Part shown: in pieces, positions 1 to 10,100 of the stretch
Numbering within the stretch: position 1 is the stretch's first letter
Layout of the letters: each line of letters starts with the position of its first letter
Assembly: GCA_017959965.1 (NCBI GenBank)
Contig: JAGCZO010000066.1
Span: 1-58,576 of the forward strand
Length of the DNA: 58,576 nt
Direction: 5' to 3'
Source: Clostridia bacterium
GTDB taxonomy: Bacteria; Bacillota; Clostridia; UBA1212
Program-made: the position numbers and the translations under genes
Notes under the pieces: model-generated
Seen by the model: the letters and a program-made list of their open reading frames with translations, nothing else
What the model was told of the DNA's origin: nothing
Database searches by the model: none

Positions 1-393
1 GTCGTATAAGCTTCTCGGATACTTGTTTTCATCCGTGCCCTGCTTGAAGCACATATATTCAAGCACGTTCTCGGATAAAACGAGCATTTTGCCTACGTCC
101 CGGTGTATGACTATCCACGATATCGGCTCGGTTTTGCCGTCGCCGTCCTGCTCCCAGACCCCGAACGTGAATTTGTCGCCGTTCTTTAGGTCTTCAAGCT
201 CGGTAGATTTCTGCGGGACCGTTTTGCCCGGGTCAAAATCGGTCTGATCCGCGTTATTTGTCGTGTCGGTTTTACCGGTTGACGCGCCCGTCCCGTTTTG
301 CTCCGTATTCGTATCGCCGGGATTGCCGGCGCACCCGGCGAGCACAGCGGCGGTCATGATGAATGCGAGTAATAAGCAAATAATCTTTTTCAT
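1..393 (-). CDS. Lipoprotein, 3' end cut by the window edge; DUF6273-like module
   Basis: This gene is absent from the ORF track because it runs off the left edge. Reverse translation from the ATG at 391-393 gives MKKIICLLLAFIMTAAVLAGCAGNPGDT, a signal peptide plus LAGC lipobox. It continues GDKFTFGVWEQDGDGKTEPISWIVIHRDVGKMLVLSENVLEY, the same module type as the two repeats in CDS 11446-13158. Confidence 0.6.
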   Translation of the reverse strand, partial: MKKIICLLLAFIMTAAVLAGCAGNPGDTNTEQNGTGASTGKTDTTNNADQTDFDPGKTVPQKSTELEDLKNGDKFTFGVWEQDGDGKTEPISWIVIHRDVGKMLVLSENVLEYMCFKQGTDENKYPRSLYD

Positions 394-411
394 AATAGTC
401 TGTTCCTTTAA

Positions 412-457
412 TTAAAATAAAACTGCATCAAAGAAAGTCATTGATGCAGTTTTTTTG
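412..457 (-). terminator. Rho-independent terminator downstream of gap (bidirectional shape)
   Basis: A perfect 10-bp stem, actgcatcaa (422-431) / ttgatgcagt (441-450), is flanked by a T-run on the plus side (451-457) and T-rich sequence on the minus side. Confidence 0.7.
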
Positions 458-466
458 ATACTTATA

Positions 467-1537
467 TTATTTGAGCTCTGCGAAGTATTTGATCGTTCTG
501 ACCATCTGGGAGGTGTAGGAGTTTTCGTTGTCGTACCACGAAACTACCTGTACCTGATACGTGTCGTCGTCTATCTTCGTTACCATCGTCTGGTTGGCGT
601 CGAAGAGAGAACCGTAGGTCATACCGATAACGTCGCTCGAGACGAGCTTCTCGGTGGTGTAGCCGAAGGATTCGGAGGACTGAGCCTTCATAGCGGCGTT
701 GATAGCCTCTTTGTTGACGTCCTTGCCCTTAACGACTGCTACGAGTATCGTGGTGGAGCCGGTAACTACCGGAACTCTCTGAGCGGAGCCGATGAGCTTG
801 CCGTTCAGCTCGGGGATTACGAGGCCGATAGCCTTCGCAGCGCCCGTGGAGTTCGGAACTATGTTGGCAGCGCCCGCGCGCGCTCTCTGCAGGTCGCCTT
901 GTCTGTGCGGACAGTCGAGTATCATCTGGTCGCCGGTGTATGCGTGAACGGTCGTCATGATACCGGAAACTATCGGGAACGTGTCGTTTAACGCCTTAGC
1001 CATCGGGGCTAAGCAGTTGGTGGTGCAGGACGCGGCGGAGATTATGGTATCTTCGGGCTTCAGCACGTTGTTGTTTACGTTGTAAACGATGGTGGGCAGA
1101 TCGTTTCCTGCCGGAGCGGAGATAACGACTTTCTTTGCGCCTGCGTCAATGTGAGCCTGAGATTTTTCTTTGCTGGTGTAGAAACCGGTGCACTCGAGAA
1201 CGACGTCGACTCTGAGCTTCTTCCAGGGGAGGTTAGCCGCATTGGGCTCTGCGTATATTGTGATTTCCTTGCCGTCTACCGTGATGGAGCCGGGCTTTAC
1301 AACGGTCTTGCCGTCTTCCGCGTATTCGGGTTCCTTTGACGTGACTGTGTGCTTGTTCTCGCTGATAACGCCGCAGTAGCCTTTCTGCGCGGTGTCATAT
1401 TTGAGAAGCTGAGCCAGCATTGCGGGGCTCGTTAAGTCGTTGATGGCGACTACGGTGTAGCCCTTTGCGCCGAACATCTGACGGAACGCGAGGCGTCCGA
1501 TACGTCCAAAACCGTTAATTGCAACTCTTACTGCCAT
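467..1537 (-). CDS. gap: Glyceraldehyde-3-phosphate dehydrogenase
   Basis: The ORF is 467-1630. I placed the start at the internal ATG 1535-1537, which gives [15 protein letters not shown] (NAD-binding motif) with a GGAGGA SD upstream. The catalytic SCTTNCLAP motif is present. Confidence 0.95.
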   Translation of the reverse strand: MAVRVAINGFGRIGRLAFRQMFGAKGYTVVAINDLTSPAMLAQLLKYDTAQKGYCGVISENKHTVTSKEPEYAEDGKTVVKPGSITVDGKEITIYAEPNAANLPWKKLRVDVVLECTGFYTSKEKSQAHIDAGAKKVVISAPAGNDLPTIVYNVNNNVLKPEDTIISAASCTTNCLAPMAKALNDTFPIVSGIMTTVHAYTGDQMILDCPHRQGDLQRARAGAANIVPNSTGAAKAIGLVIPELNGKLIGSAQRVPVVTGSTTILVAVVKGKDVNKEAINAAMKAQSSESFGYTTEKLVSSDVIGMTYGSLFDANQTMVTKIDDDTYQVQVVSWYDNENSYTSQMVRTIKYFAELK

Positions 1538-1633
1538 GATAATATCCTCCGTTTTTTGTGATAGGGATTTTGATTTATTTAAGTGTGCGGCGGCGCAGGA
1601 GCCAATGTGTCCTTTCCCCGCACAATCCAAGCA

Positions 1634-1662
1634 ATTTTATAACTTCGTATTACTCTTTTCAA
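1634..1662 (-). promoter_or_regulatory. Sigma-70-type promoter for gap
   Basis: The minus-strand sequence reads TTGAAA, a 17-nt spacer, then TAAAAT. The -35 is at 1657-1662 and the -10 at 1634-1639. It lies just downstream of the 1676-1715 terminator. Confidence 0.5.
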
Positions 1663-1675
1663 CCTTTTTCTACCG

Positions 1676-1715
1676 CAAAAGCGCCCGTTTCAATGGCTTT
1701 TCAAGAAACGGACGC
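1676..1715 (-). terminator. Rho-independent terminator after the flavin reductase-like gene
   Basis: On the minus strand an 11-bp stem (gcgtccgtttc / gaaacgggcgc, one G:U pair) is followed by TTTTG. Confidence 0.65.
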
Positions 1716-1745
1716 ATATAAAGTCGGTTCAAAGGGGGCGAGGTT

Positions 1746-2309
1746 TTACTTCATCAGCTTTTTACCTTCGGAAAATGCTTTGGCGACAGGCTCGCCGATG
1801 ATATTGTACGTGTTGTTGAAGGGATCGAAGCAGACGGGGGCGACTTTGGCAACGTCGACCTTGCCGCCGGTCATGGCAGACTCGTCAACGCTCACGTTCA
1901 CTATTTCGCCCTTCAGGATGCAGGTCTCCTTGTTGAACTCCTTCACCCGGCACTCGATGCAGACGGCCAGCTCGTTTATGATGGGCGCGTTGACAAGCTT
2001 GCTTTTGGTCGCGGTGAACCCTGCCCGGGCGAATTTGTCAGGCACCTTATTGGCGCTGGCAATGCCGACGTAGTCGCAGGCCGCAACGTTCTTCGCGTCC
2101 GCCATGCCGATCGTGAAAGCTCCTGTTTTTTCGAAATTTTTGCAGGTCTTGTGCCCCGGTGAAAGGCACACGGATATCTCATTCATCTCGCTGATGCCGC
2201 CCCAGGCCGCGTTCATGGCGTCCGGCTGTCCGTTCTCATCGTAGGTGGCAATGATCCACACCGGCTGCGGGTAGCTCAGCGGTTTTGCTCCGAAATCAAC
2301 TCTTCCCAT
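1746..2309 (-). CDS. Flavin reductase-like FMN-binding protein (flavoredoxin type)
   Basis: This is a 187-aa ORF with a GGAGGAG SD. It starts 2 nt after the stop of the upstream gene. The WIIATYDENGQPDAMNAAWGG pattern is typical of the split-barrel flavin reductase family. Confidence 0.7.
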   Translation of the reverse strand: MGRVDFGAKPLSYPQPVWIIATYDENGQPDAMNAAWGGISEMNEISVCLSPGHKTCKNFEKTGAFTIGMADAKNVAACDYVGIASANKVPDKFARAGFTATKSKLVNAPIINELAVCIECRVKEFNKETCILKGEIVNVSVDESAMTGGKVDVAKVAPVCFDPFNNTYNIIGEPVAKAFSEGKKLMK

Positions 2310-2311
2310 TT

Positions 2312-5059
2312 TTACTCCTCCGTTTTTCTATGCTTTATCTTTCCGCGCTTTAATGCGGGCAACACCGCCAATGCCAACGCGGCAGCCACTGCCGCCGCTC
2401 CGCCGGTCAAAGTACCGAAGCAGCCCTTGTCGTCTTTTTCGGCCACCTTTTCCTGATATTTAACGGAATCGCCTACGAATCTGAAATTGAATCTGTCGTT
2501 GGGGGCAGTGTCGCCCAGATCCATAAATGACAGGACGTTGCCCGTTTCCGTGGAATTGTCGGCCCATTTGAAATCAAGATTGATGCCCGTCTTCTCGTTT
2601 ATACCAAGGATAGACTTGGCTATTTTTACGGTAAATCGGTTCCCGCTCCAGGCGATCTCGGCGGTGCCGGCGTCAGTTCCCGCGTAAGATCCCTTCTCAA
2701 GCTTTTCCACTTTGGCAATGCTTCCGTCGCGGGATCTGTTTACTGCGTAGTTGTAGCCCTCCCAGCCGGTGTCGTGGTCAAAGTCCGTGTCGATGAACAG
2801 ATTCATCCAGGAGCTGTCGTCCGCAGCTTCAATGTCATGCAGAGTCTTCACGGTGAAATAGACGTATTCGCCGTCCTGGCACACCTTGGCGCTTTCCAGG
2901 TCGTTGCGGCCGGTGCCGTTGAGATATCTGAATGCCGCGTCGTAGGAGACCGTATTTCTGAACTCCGTATCGCCAATGGTATCCCTGTACTCGGGCCCCA
3001 CGTTCGCCCACGCGCTGTCAAAGCTTTCCGAGGCGGTGTTCATTGCCCCGGCACCGTCAAAATTATCCTGATTTTCGGCGACCTTAAGCTGATCCATACC
3101 CTTGTAGCGGCGGATGAAATCGATGATCTGATAGTAATAATTGTCGCCGAAGCCCACGCCGTCACGTATGCGCATCGGCTCGCCGTCACGGCTGAATTCC
3201 GGGTTGAACTCGTCAACGTAGTTCACGTTGTTCACCGGAGTGTTGGCCATGAAGGTGTTTCCGCCCCTGCTGTTGCCCGCAATCCACTCGTTCCAGCCCG
3301 TGATCAGCACGCATCTCGGGGACTGCTCAATAACGTATTCGGCCTGGGACGCAAAGCCCGTACCCTGAGGCGTAGTGTCAAGATAAAACTCGAAATTGTT
3401 CTGTCCATTCGTGTTTTGACGCCCCAGGACAAAGCTTCTGCCCTTGCTGCTGGAAGCGTGGTGTCCCAGCGTTACCGCCAGCTCTTCGAAAACGCCGTCC
3501 TTGTCGCGGCCCTGATACATGTAAAGGTTGCCCTTGTCGTCCCTGTCAAGCTCCTCGATCCAGTTCCAGTAGCCGTCCCTGTTTTCCCAGGCCCAGCAGC
3601 CCCTGACCTCAAAGTTTTCAAGGAATTTTTTGTTGGACGCGGACAGCTTTTCGGGGTTTCCGAATATGAGGGGCTTCCCGTTCCATTTGAAGAACAGCTC
3701 GTCGTACTTTTCAAGGTTGGCCTCCGTGAAGGCACCGCCCTTTCTCATCAGGTTGAGGTCGGTCTCAAATAAGTCCGTTCTGTCTCCGCAAAGGAAGCAG
3801 ACCTGAGGAGTGCTGCCGCCCTCCTGCCTGATCTTGAGCCAGGTGTCCAGGAGTGCCAGATGGCCCTTCTCGAAAACGACTCCGTTGGAGATGTCAAGGA
3901 AAATGAAATCGACGCCCGCCGCCTCAAGCATATACGCGTGCTTCCTGTAGACCCAGGTGTCGGTGTTCCTGTAATAGCCAAAGTAAGGCTCCGCCCAGTA
4001 GGCCTCTCCGCCCTTTTCCGTGAGATATTTCTGCAGCCCGCCTATCCCCAACTCAAGGAAGAGCTTCGTGTTGTCCTGAATGTGCTGGCCCGCGCCTGTC
4101 CAGCAAAGGAAATAGAAAATGCCCACGGTCTTGTCCTCTTTCGGGGCGCCCGTCTTGTCGCCAAGGGGCGTGGTCCTGCCAAGGTCATCAGTGGCCACCC
4201 AGTTTGAATAATCTATCTCTCTGGGCTCAGCCTCCGGCAGCGACTGGTCTGTTTCGACGCGGTCAAAGGTCAGATCGTCAATATAGCCGTCAAGGTCGTC
4301 AAAGGTCAGCAAAAATCTGCCCGCCCTCTGGATCGGGGAGTTCTCATCGGTTCCCAAGACGTTGCCGTCCTTGTTCTTGAACACCAGCTTTGCCTCATAG
4401 TTCGGGATCGAATAGTCGGCGTTTTCGGCATTCTTCTCAATGTATTCTATTCGTAAAACGAGATTCCCGTCGACCAGAAGGTCAACGTATGATACGTGGT
4501 CGCTGAAGGTTATGACCGGGGTGCTGTTTTCGGCAAATATGTTCTTCACCGCCCCCTTTATCTCATATCCGGTCAGTCCGTCGCTGACGTCCACAGACCC
4601 GTTGCTGCCAAAGGCAAAATCCAAGAAAGAGTCTCTTCTCGTGGGAGTTTCCTTCGTATCCCGAAGGATCACGGAAAAATCTCCGCCTCTCATGGAAAGC
4701 ACGAAGGACAGATCGCCGCCGCTGATACCGTAGTCATCTCCAAGGTATCCCTCGCTTACGATCGCGAAGGTCTTTCTTAAGCCGCAGAAAAGCTTGCCGT
4801 CCTTCGGAGAAAAACCCGTCGCTCCCAGGATGGAGAACCCGCCGTCTTTTTTATAAAACTCAAGATCCGTCTCGTTAAAATCGTAGGAATATTTCCGGCT
4901 TTCTTTAATTGCCCAGGAGGGCACTGCCGCGTCGTATTTAGAGCTTGAAAACGTACCGGTCCCGGCGTTTCCCGCTCCAGAAACCGCGGTCCCCGCAGCC
5001 ATCACAAGCGTCAGCGCCAGCAGGATAACGATCTTCAGGGCTTTTCCTTTTTTTGACAT
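2312..5059 (-). CDS. Secreted, C-terminally membrane-anchored glycoside-hydrolase-like protein (possible GH99/WbsX-like TIM barrel; family uncertain)
   Basis: This is a 915-aa ORF with an N-terminal signal peptide (KIVILLALTLVMAAGTAVSG). The central region carries GIFYFLCWTG, YWAEPYFGYYRNTD, AGVDFIFLDISNG and LITGWNEWIAG, which resemble glycosidase TIM-barrel motifs. The C-terminus has a hydrophobic helix plus a basic tail (AAAVAAALALAVLPALKRGKIKHRK) and no LPXTG motif. Confidence 0.45.
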   Translation of the reverse strand: MSKKGKALKIVILLALTLVMAAGTAVSGAGNAGTGTFSSSKYDAAVPSWAIKESRKYSYDFNETDLEFYKKDGGFSILGATGFSPKDGKLFCGLRKTFAIVSEGYLGDDYGISGGDLSFVLSMRGGDFSVILRDTKETPTRRDSFLDFAFGSNGSVDVSDGLTGYEIKGAVKNIFAENSTPVITFSDHVSYVDLLVDGNLVLRIEYIEKNAENADYSIPNYEAKLVFKNKDGNVLGTDENSPIQRAGRFLLTFDDLDGYIDDLTFDRVETDQSLPEAEPREIDYSNWVATDDLGRTTPLGDKTGAPKEDKTVGIFYFLCWTGAGQHIQDNTKLFLELGIGGLQKYLTEKGGEAYWAEPYFGYYRNTDTWVYRKHAYMLEAAGVDFIFLDISNGVVFEKGHLALLDTWLKIRQEGGSTPQVCFLCGDRTDLFETDLNLMRKGGAFTEANLEKYDELFFKWNGKPLIFGNPEKLSASNKKFLENFEVRGCWAWENRDGYWNWIEELDRDDKGNLYMYQGRDKDGVFEELAVTLGHHASSSKGRSFVLGRQNTNGQNNFEFYLDTTPQGTGFASQAEYVIEQSPRCVLITGWNEWIAGNSRGGNTFMANTPVNNVNYVDEFNPEFSRDGEPMRIRDGVGFGDNYYYQIIDFIRRYKGMDQLKVAENQDNFDGAGAMNTASESFDSAWANVGPEYRDTIGDTEFRNTVSYDAAFRYLNGTGRNDLESAKVCQDGEYVYFTVKTLHDIEAADDSSWMNLFIDTDFDHDTGWEGYNYAVNRSRDGSIAKVEKLEKGSYAGTDAGTAEIAWSGNRFTVKIAKSILGINEKTGINLDFKWADNSTETGNVLSFMDLGDTAPNDRFNFRFVGDSVKYQEKVAEKDDKGCFGTLTGGAAAVAAALALAVLPALKRGKIKHRKTEE

Positions 5060-5080
5060 CTCAAACTTCCTCTCATGTTT

Positions 5081-5120
5081 AAAAAAGGGCCGGCTGTATT
5101 TTGCGCATACGCCGGGCCTT
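5081..5120 (-). terminator. Terminator-like hairpin after proS
   Basis: On the minus strand aaggcccggc ... gccggccctt pairs at 9 of 10 positions and is followed by a T-run (plus-strand A-run 5081-5086). Confidence 0.5.
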
Positions 5121-5133
5121 CTATTCGTATATA

Positions 5134-6855
5134 TCAGGCGTTCAGCTTCGCCTTAAGTTCTTTGACAAGCTCGCAGATCTTCTCCGCGGCCTCTCCGGCC
5201 TCATAATCCGTCCGGAGGGATTTGTCTCTCAGAGACACCTCAACGACTCCTCTTTCGCAGGTCTTGGGGCTCACGACCGCTCTCACGGGAACTCCCAGAA
5301 GATCGGCGTCCGCAAACATGGACCCGGGCCTGATATCTCTGTCGTCGTAGATGACCTCGATGCCCGCCTTCTTAAGATCCTCGTAGAGCTTTCCTGCGGT
5401 GGCGTTGACTCTCTCGTCATCCGTTCTAAGGTTGCACACCTCCACCTCCCAGGGAGCTATCGAGATGGGCCAGATCGGGCCGTAGTCGTCGTGGCTTTCC
5501 TGACAAATGGAAGCCGCAAGCCTTCCCACGCCAATGCCGTAGCAGCCCATGATCGGATAATGGGATTCTCCGTTGGCGTCAAGGTAGGTCATCTCCATCG
5601 CCTTTGTGTACTTCGTGCCCAGCTGGAAAATATTGCCGATCTCAATGCCCTTGCTGATGGTGAGGGCTTTCTTTCCGCAGCAGGGGCAGGGTGCGCCGGC
5701 GTAGGTCTTGGCCACGTCAACGTAATCGACCTTGCCGATATCACGGGCAATGTTGAGGCCCTTGAAGTGGAAGTCAGGCTCATTGGCGCCGCACACAAGG
5801 CTTTCAATACCTTCGAGTGAGCGGTCGAAGACCACCGCCGCGTTCTTTGTAAGGCCCTTGGGTCCGATAAAGCCGGCAACGATGCCGCAGTCCTCGGTCA
5901 CAACTCCGGGGTGGATCTCCTCGCATAGGAAGTTCCTCAGCTTGGTCTCGTTCACGTCAAGGTCGCCTCTGATGAACACCACCACGTAGGCGTCGTCTTT
6001 GTTTCTCTGGTACACCACAGCTTTCGCAAAGGCCTCCGCGGGTATCTTCAGGAATTTCTGAAGGTCCTCAATGGTCTTCACGTCCGGCGTCGACACCTTC
6101 TCAAGGGGCTCGGCTTCGCACTTCACGTTCTCGGTGATGCACTCCGCTGCCTCCATGTTGGCACTGTAGCCGCACTCGGGGCAGATGACCAGGGTGTCTT
6201 CGCCGATCTCGGTAAGAAGCATAAACTCATGGGAAACGCTTCCGCCCATCATGCCCGAGTCCGATTTCACGGCAATGAAGTTCTTCACGCCGGCTCTCTT
6301 AAATATGCGCTCGTAGGCCTTGAAGCATTTGTCGTAATACTGCTCAAGGTCCTCCTGGGACGTGTGGAAGGAGTAGCCGTCCTTCATGGTGAACTCGCGG
6401 ACTCTGATAAGGCCGCCTCTGGCCCTGGGCTCGTCCCTGAATTTAGTCTGGATCTGATAGATCATGAAGGGGTATTGCTGGTAGGACTCGGCAATGTTCC
6501 TGGCCATGTGCACGGCGGCCTCCTCATGGGTCATGCCAAGCACCATGCCGTTGTTGCTGCGGTCGGTCCAGCGCGCCATCTCGCTGCCGATGCTTGTGTA
6601 CCTTCCGGATTCCTCCCAGAGGGACGCGGGCATCACAACCGGGAACAGGACTTCCTGTCCGCCAATGGCATCCATTTCCTCACGCATGATATTCTCGATC
6701 TTTCTCGTAATGCGGCGCATCGGCGGCAGAAGCGAGTAGATGCCGTTGGCCATGTATTTAATATAGCCGCCTCTTACGGTCAGCTTGTGGCTGTCGATTA
6801 TGCAGGACGAAGGCGCTTCCTTGAACCGTCTTCCGAGAATTTCAGAAACCTTCAT
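5134..6855 (-). CDS. proS: Proline--tRNA ligase, bacterial type with insertion/editing domain
   Basis: This is a 573-aa ORF. Class II aaRS motifs are present (FRDEPRARGGLIRVREFTMKDGYSFH; GCYGIGVGRL), and the N-terminus is typical of ProRS. Confidence 0.95.
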   Translation of the reverse strand: MKVSEILGRRFKEAPSSCIIDSHKLTVRGGYIKYMANGIYSLLPPMRRITRKIENIMREEMDAIGGQEVLFPVVMPASLWEESGRYTSIGSEMARWTDRSNNGMVLGMTHEEAAVHMARNIAESYQQYPFMIYQIQTKFRDEPRARGGLIRVREFTMKDGYSFHTSQEDLEQYYDKCFKAYERIFKRAGVKNFIAVKSDSGMMGGSVSHEFMLLTEIGEDTLVICPECGYSANMEAAECITENVKCEAEPLEKVSTPDVKTIEDLQKFLKIPAEAFAKAVVYQRNKDDAYVVVFIRGDLDVNETKLRNFLCEEIHPGVVTEDCGIVAGFIGPKGLTKNAAVVFDRSLEGIESLVCGANEPDFHFKGLNIARDIGKVDYVDVAKTYAGAPCPCCGKKALTISKGIEIGNIFQLGTKYTKAMEMTYLDANGESHYPIMGCYGIGVGRLAASICQESHDDYGPIWPISIAPWEVEVCNLRTDDERVNATAGKLYEDLKKAGIEVIYDDRDIRPGSMFADADLLGVPVRAVVSPKTCERGVVEVSLRDKSLRTDYEAGEAAEKICELVKELKAKLNA

Positions 6856-6932
6856 ATGATATCTCCCAACGAAATATTAGGGCTTCCGGCGGAGCAGCTC
6901 CTTAAAAGGAAAGCAGTCCGCCCGCCGAAAAA

Positions 6933-6961
6933 ATTATACTACAACGAGGGGGTGGTGTCAA
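6933..6961 (-). promoter_or_regulatory. Consensus sigma-70-type promoter for proS
   Basis: The minus strand reads TTGACA (6956-6961), a 17-nt spacer, then TATAAT (6933-6938). This leaves a leader of about 70 nt before the proS ATG. Confidence 0.6.
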
Positions 6962-7019
6962 AACCTTTGGGCCGCCTTCAAGGCCTCTTCCGGACCCCAC
7001 GGCCCTTCCCTCGCCAATA

Positions 7020-7051
7020 GGAAAACGCGGATCTTTAAACCCGCGCTTTCC
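7020..7051 (-). terminator. Terminator-like hairpin after the giant secreted-protein gene
   Basis: On the minus strand ggaaagcgcgg / ccgcgttttcc forms an 11-bp stem (one G:U pair) around a 10-nt loop. The U-run is partly inside the 3' arm. Confidence 0.45.
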
Positions 7052-7113
7052 CCGTTTTCATACGGATCCGGTGCTGCCGGAAGCTCCGTGTTATTGATCT
7101 TTAAAACCTGTGG

Positions 7114-10100
7114 TCACCCTACAGTCACGGTGGTGTATCCGCTGGTCTCCGCCGTTCCGCCGTTGGCGTGCTGGCCGCAGCTGTTGTCGCCTAAGATCCT
7201 GACGGTGCCGTTGTTCATCAGGAAGGCCGAGAAGCCGTATCCCGCGGCCACCTGCTTGACGCCGGAGGCAATGAGTCTCTTGCTGCTTCCGTCGGTGACG
7301 GCTCCGTTGATGCCGCCGCCCTGGTCAAGGCCGTAAACGTATACCGCGCCGGATTCCGTGCGCATCAGCATGTTGGAGAACATGATCGAGGCCTGCGAAA
7401 CGCTCTTTCCGGTGAGGATCGCCTGAGCGCCGTGGCTTCCGCTGCCCTGGGTAAAGCTTGCGATATCGCGCCAGCCGGAGTAATAAGCGGTCCCGGCTTC
7501 GTTCACGAGTACCAGACCGTGTTCGCCGCTTTCGATATATTCCACTCCGGTGAGCAGCTTGTAAGGCGTTGTGATGTTGTCAACGCTGTCGTTGTACTTG
7601 CACCATCTGCCGTCGCCGAGGATGTAGCAGTCGCCGTTGGCGTTAACGTAAGCTGAGTCGCGGCGTCCGGCGGCGATCATTGTCGCGCCTGACGCGATCT
7701 TCTGGAAGGTCTCGGCCACGCCCTTGTAGTTCTTAGTTCCCAGCTGGCCGTAGGAGTTGTTTCCGATGCCGTAAACGTCGCCGTTCATATCCAGCACCAG
7801 CATGTGGTCATAGCCTACCTTGACGTCCACGGGGTTGCCGTCGTATTCCACAACGCCCCAGGTCGAAAGGTTTCCGCTTCTTCCGGCGGCCTGGCTGCTT
7901 CCTCCAACGGAGTATATCTCGCCGTCAAGTGTAAGCACCGCGGCGGTGACCATGCCGTAGTTGTTGTTCTCATAGTCGTTGCTCTTGCAGACCGAGATCA
8001 CCGCCACGTTGGTCATAACAAGTCTCGGGGAAGTCACATTGGCAACGTTGCTGCCCGCGCCCAGGATATTGTTCACGTTGCTGCCCCATCCGTAGAGGTT
8101 GCCCGACTCGTCGAGGTAGTAGAGCGTGTAGCCCGCGGCAACGATCCCCGGGTGCACCTTGAGTGACGAGGTGTCGATATTGTCCTTCTTGGTCTCCAGA
8201 GAGATCGTTCCCGATTTCGTAACGGTGAACGAGGCGGAGGTGCCTGCCTTCCTGGTGGAGTTTCCGGAGTAGTCGGTAAAGATGATAGCGCTGACCGAGA
8301 AGCCCTCCTTGGCGGTGGCAGTGACGCTGAAGGTTACGCTCTTGTCGAATTTTTTACTCCAGCCGCTGGATACCGAAACTCCGTCCACCTTCACGGATGC
8401 TCTGTTCTCAAGGTAATCGGCCATGATGTAGTTGCCGGAAATGCTCTTGAGATATGCCTCGGATATTCCGAAATAGCTGCAAAGCTGTGAAATAGCGTAG
8501 TTGTTGCGCTGCCTGAGGAAGTTTCTGATGGCAGAAACACCGCTGTTGTAGGCGCTCCAGCTTGCTCCGTCCTTGGACCATCTGTCTACCTGGAGCTGGA
8601 ATATGTTCTGTCTCTCGGCAAGCACCTTGTCGAGCTCCTCCTCCATAACGGAAGGCACGTAGATCTCGTTAACCACCTGGTAGTACCTGGCAAGGAAATA
8701 TTTTTTGAAGTCCTCGTTCCGGATCAGACTGTTCATGATCCTGCTGGCCGGAGTTCCGGTGCTGTTGATCCAGAACAGATAGTTTCCTGTGGGGCCCGTG
8801 TCGATGTTCGGGAAGTCAAGACCGAAGTCCATGTCCAGCAGAACGAAGTGCCACTTTGAATCCATCCGGGTCCTGTCCTCTTCGCCCACTCTGTTTCTCC
8901 AGACCTTGATGTTGTTCTCAGGCCAGTCGCGGGCGCTGAAATAGATCCTGGCAATGTACATGTCGATGAAAGAATCCAGGTCGATATTGTCTTTGACGTA
9001 ATTGTAGTTGGCCGCAACCGTCATGTCGTGGCTGTCGATCCATCTCACAAGAGCGTTGAAGGGGTCCGCGTCATCGTCAAGTCCCGATGTGACAACGTAA
9101 TCCGCGTTGGTGTTCGTGTGGACCTGGGAGTAGTCGCTTTCTATGAGGGCAACGTTATCCTTGGCCACGCCGTAGTGAGACTGAACGTAGTCGCCGCTGT
9201 AGCGCTCGCGCACGTTATATATGCCCCAGAATTCGCCGTTGAAAAATACCAGCGCAGGGGTGTAGGCCATGGTCTCCACGTTCATGGTGCGGCTAAGGCG
9301 CTGCATGAGAACGTCTCTTATATAGGTCTGCGCGCAGTCGTTTCCGGAGTTCCTTATAAGGAGACGGGCGAAGTCTGTGATCCTCTGGCCCTTGCAGTTT
9401 CTCGCATAGCCGTCAAAAAGATCGTAGTACAGCTTTCCGTCCATGCCTGCCGTTTCATTGTTGCTTCCCTTAAAGTAGATCTTCAGGGATTTCATGTGCC
9501 AGCCTGACGAGCCGTGGCCGCTGACCGAGAGCTCCACGTTGGAGCATCCGCGCCTTACGCCGTCGCCGTCAAATACCTCCATAACGCCCATTCCTCTCGG
9601 GTTGGGGTCATTTGTGGAGGGGAAGTAGTGGGTGTAGAAGCCGCCGCCCTCGCCGCCGTAGGTGGTTCCCGCGGAATCGCAAAGGACGCCCTTGGGGAGG
9701 GAGATGGACATCACGGTGGTGTTGTATCCGGCCATTGCCGAGGAAACGAAGTAAGTTGAGGTGTAGACGTCGGTCTCACCCGTGCCGTCGGTGGCGTAGG
9801 CTTTGATGACAGTACCGCCAATGATATTCGAAACTTCGGGAATGTACCCGGAGTCGCCCGTCTTGCCGGCAAGATACCTTGTGGTCTCACCGTAGCCCTT
9901 CCTGGTCGTGTCCTCCATAACGATCGTCGTGGAGTAAAGCTTCCTGGTGTTGGAGGTCTTGGGGTCGGTGCCGTCGGTGGTGTAGTAGATCTTGTAGCCG
10001 GACTCAGCCGAGAGAGCAAGCCTGAAGGAGGCGTTGTAGAAGCCGGGATCGTGGTCGAACCTTACTTCGTTTAGCATGCATTTTGTGATCTTGTTCTCGC

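Noticed and set aside
6940-6965. A GGGGGTGGTGTCAA sequence resembling the T-box GGGTGGTAC core, seen while looking for a T-box leader upstream of proS.
   Set aside because: The motif is on the plus strand, opposite to proS. On the proS strand the same bases form the -35 element and spacer of a consensus promoter. The remaining leader of about 70 nt is too short for a T-box, and I found no specifier or antiterminator architecture.
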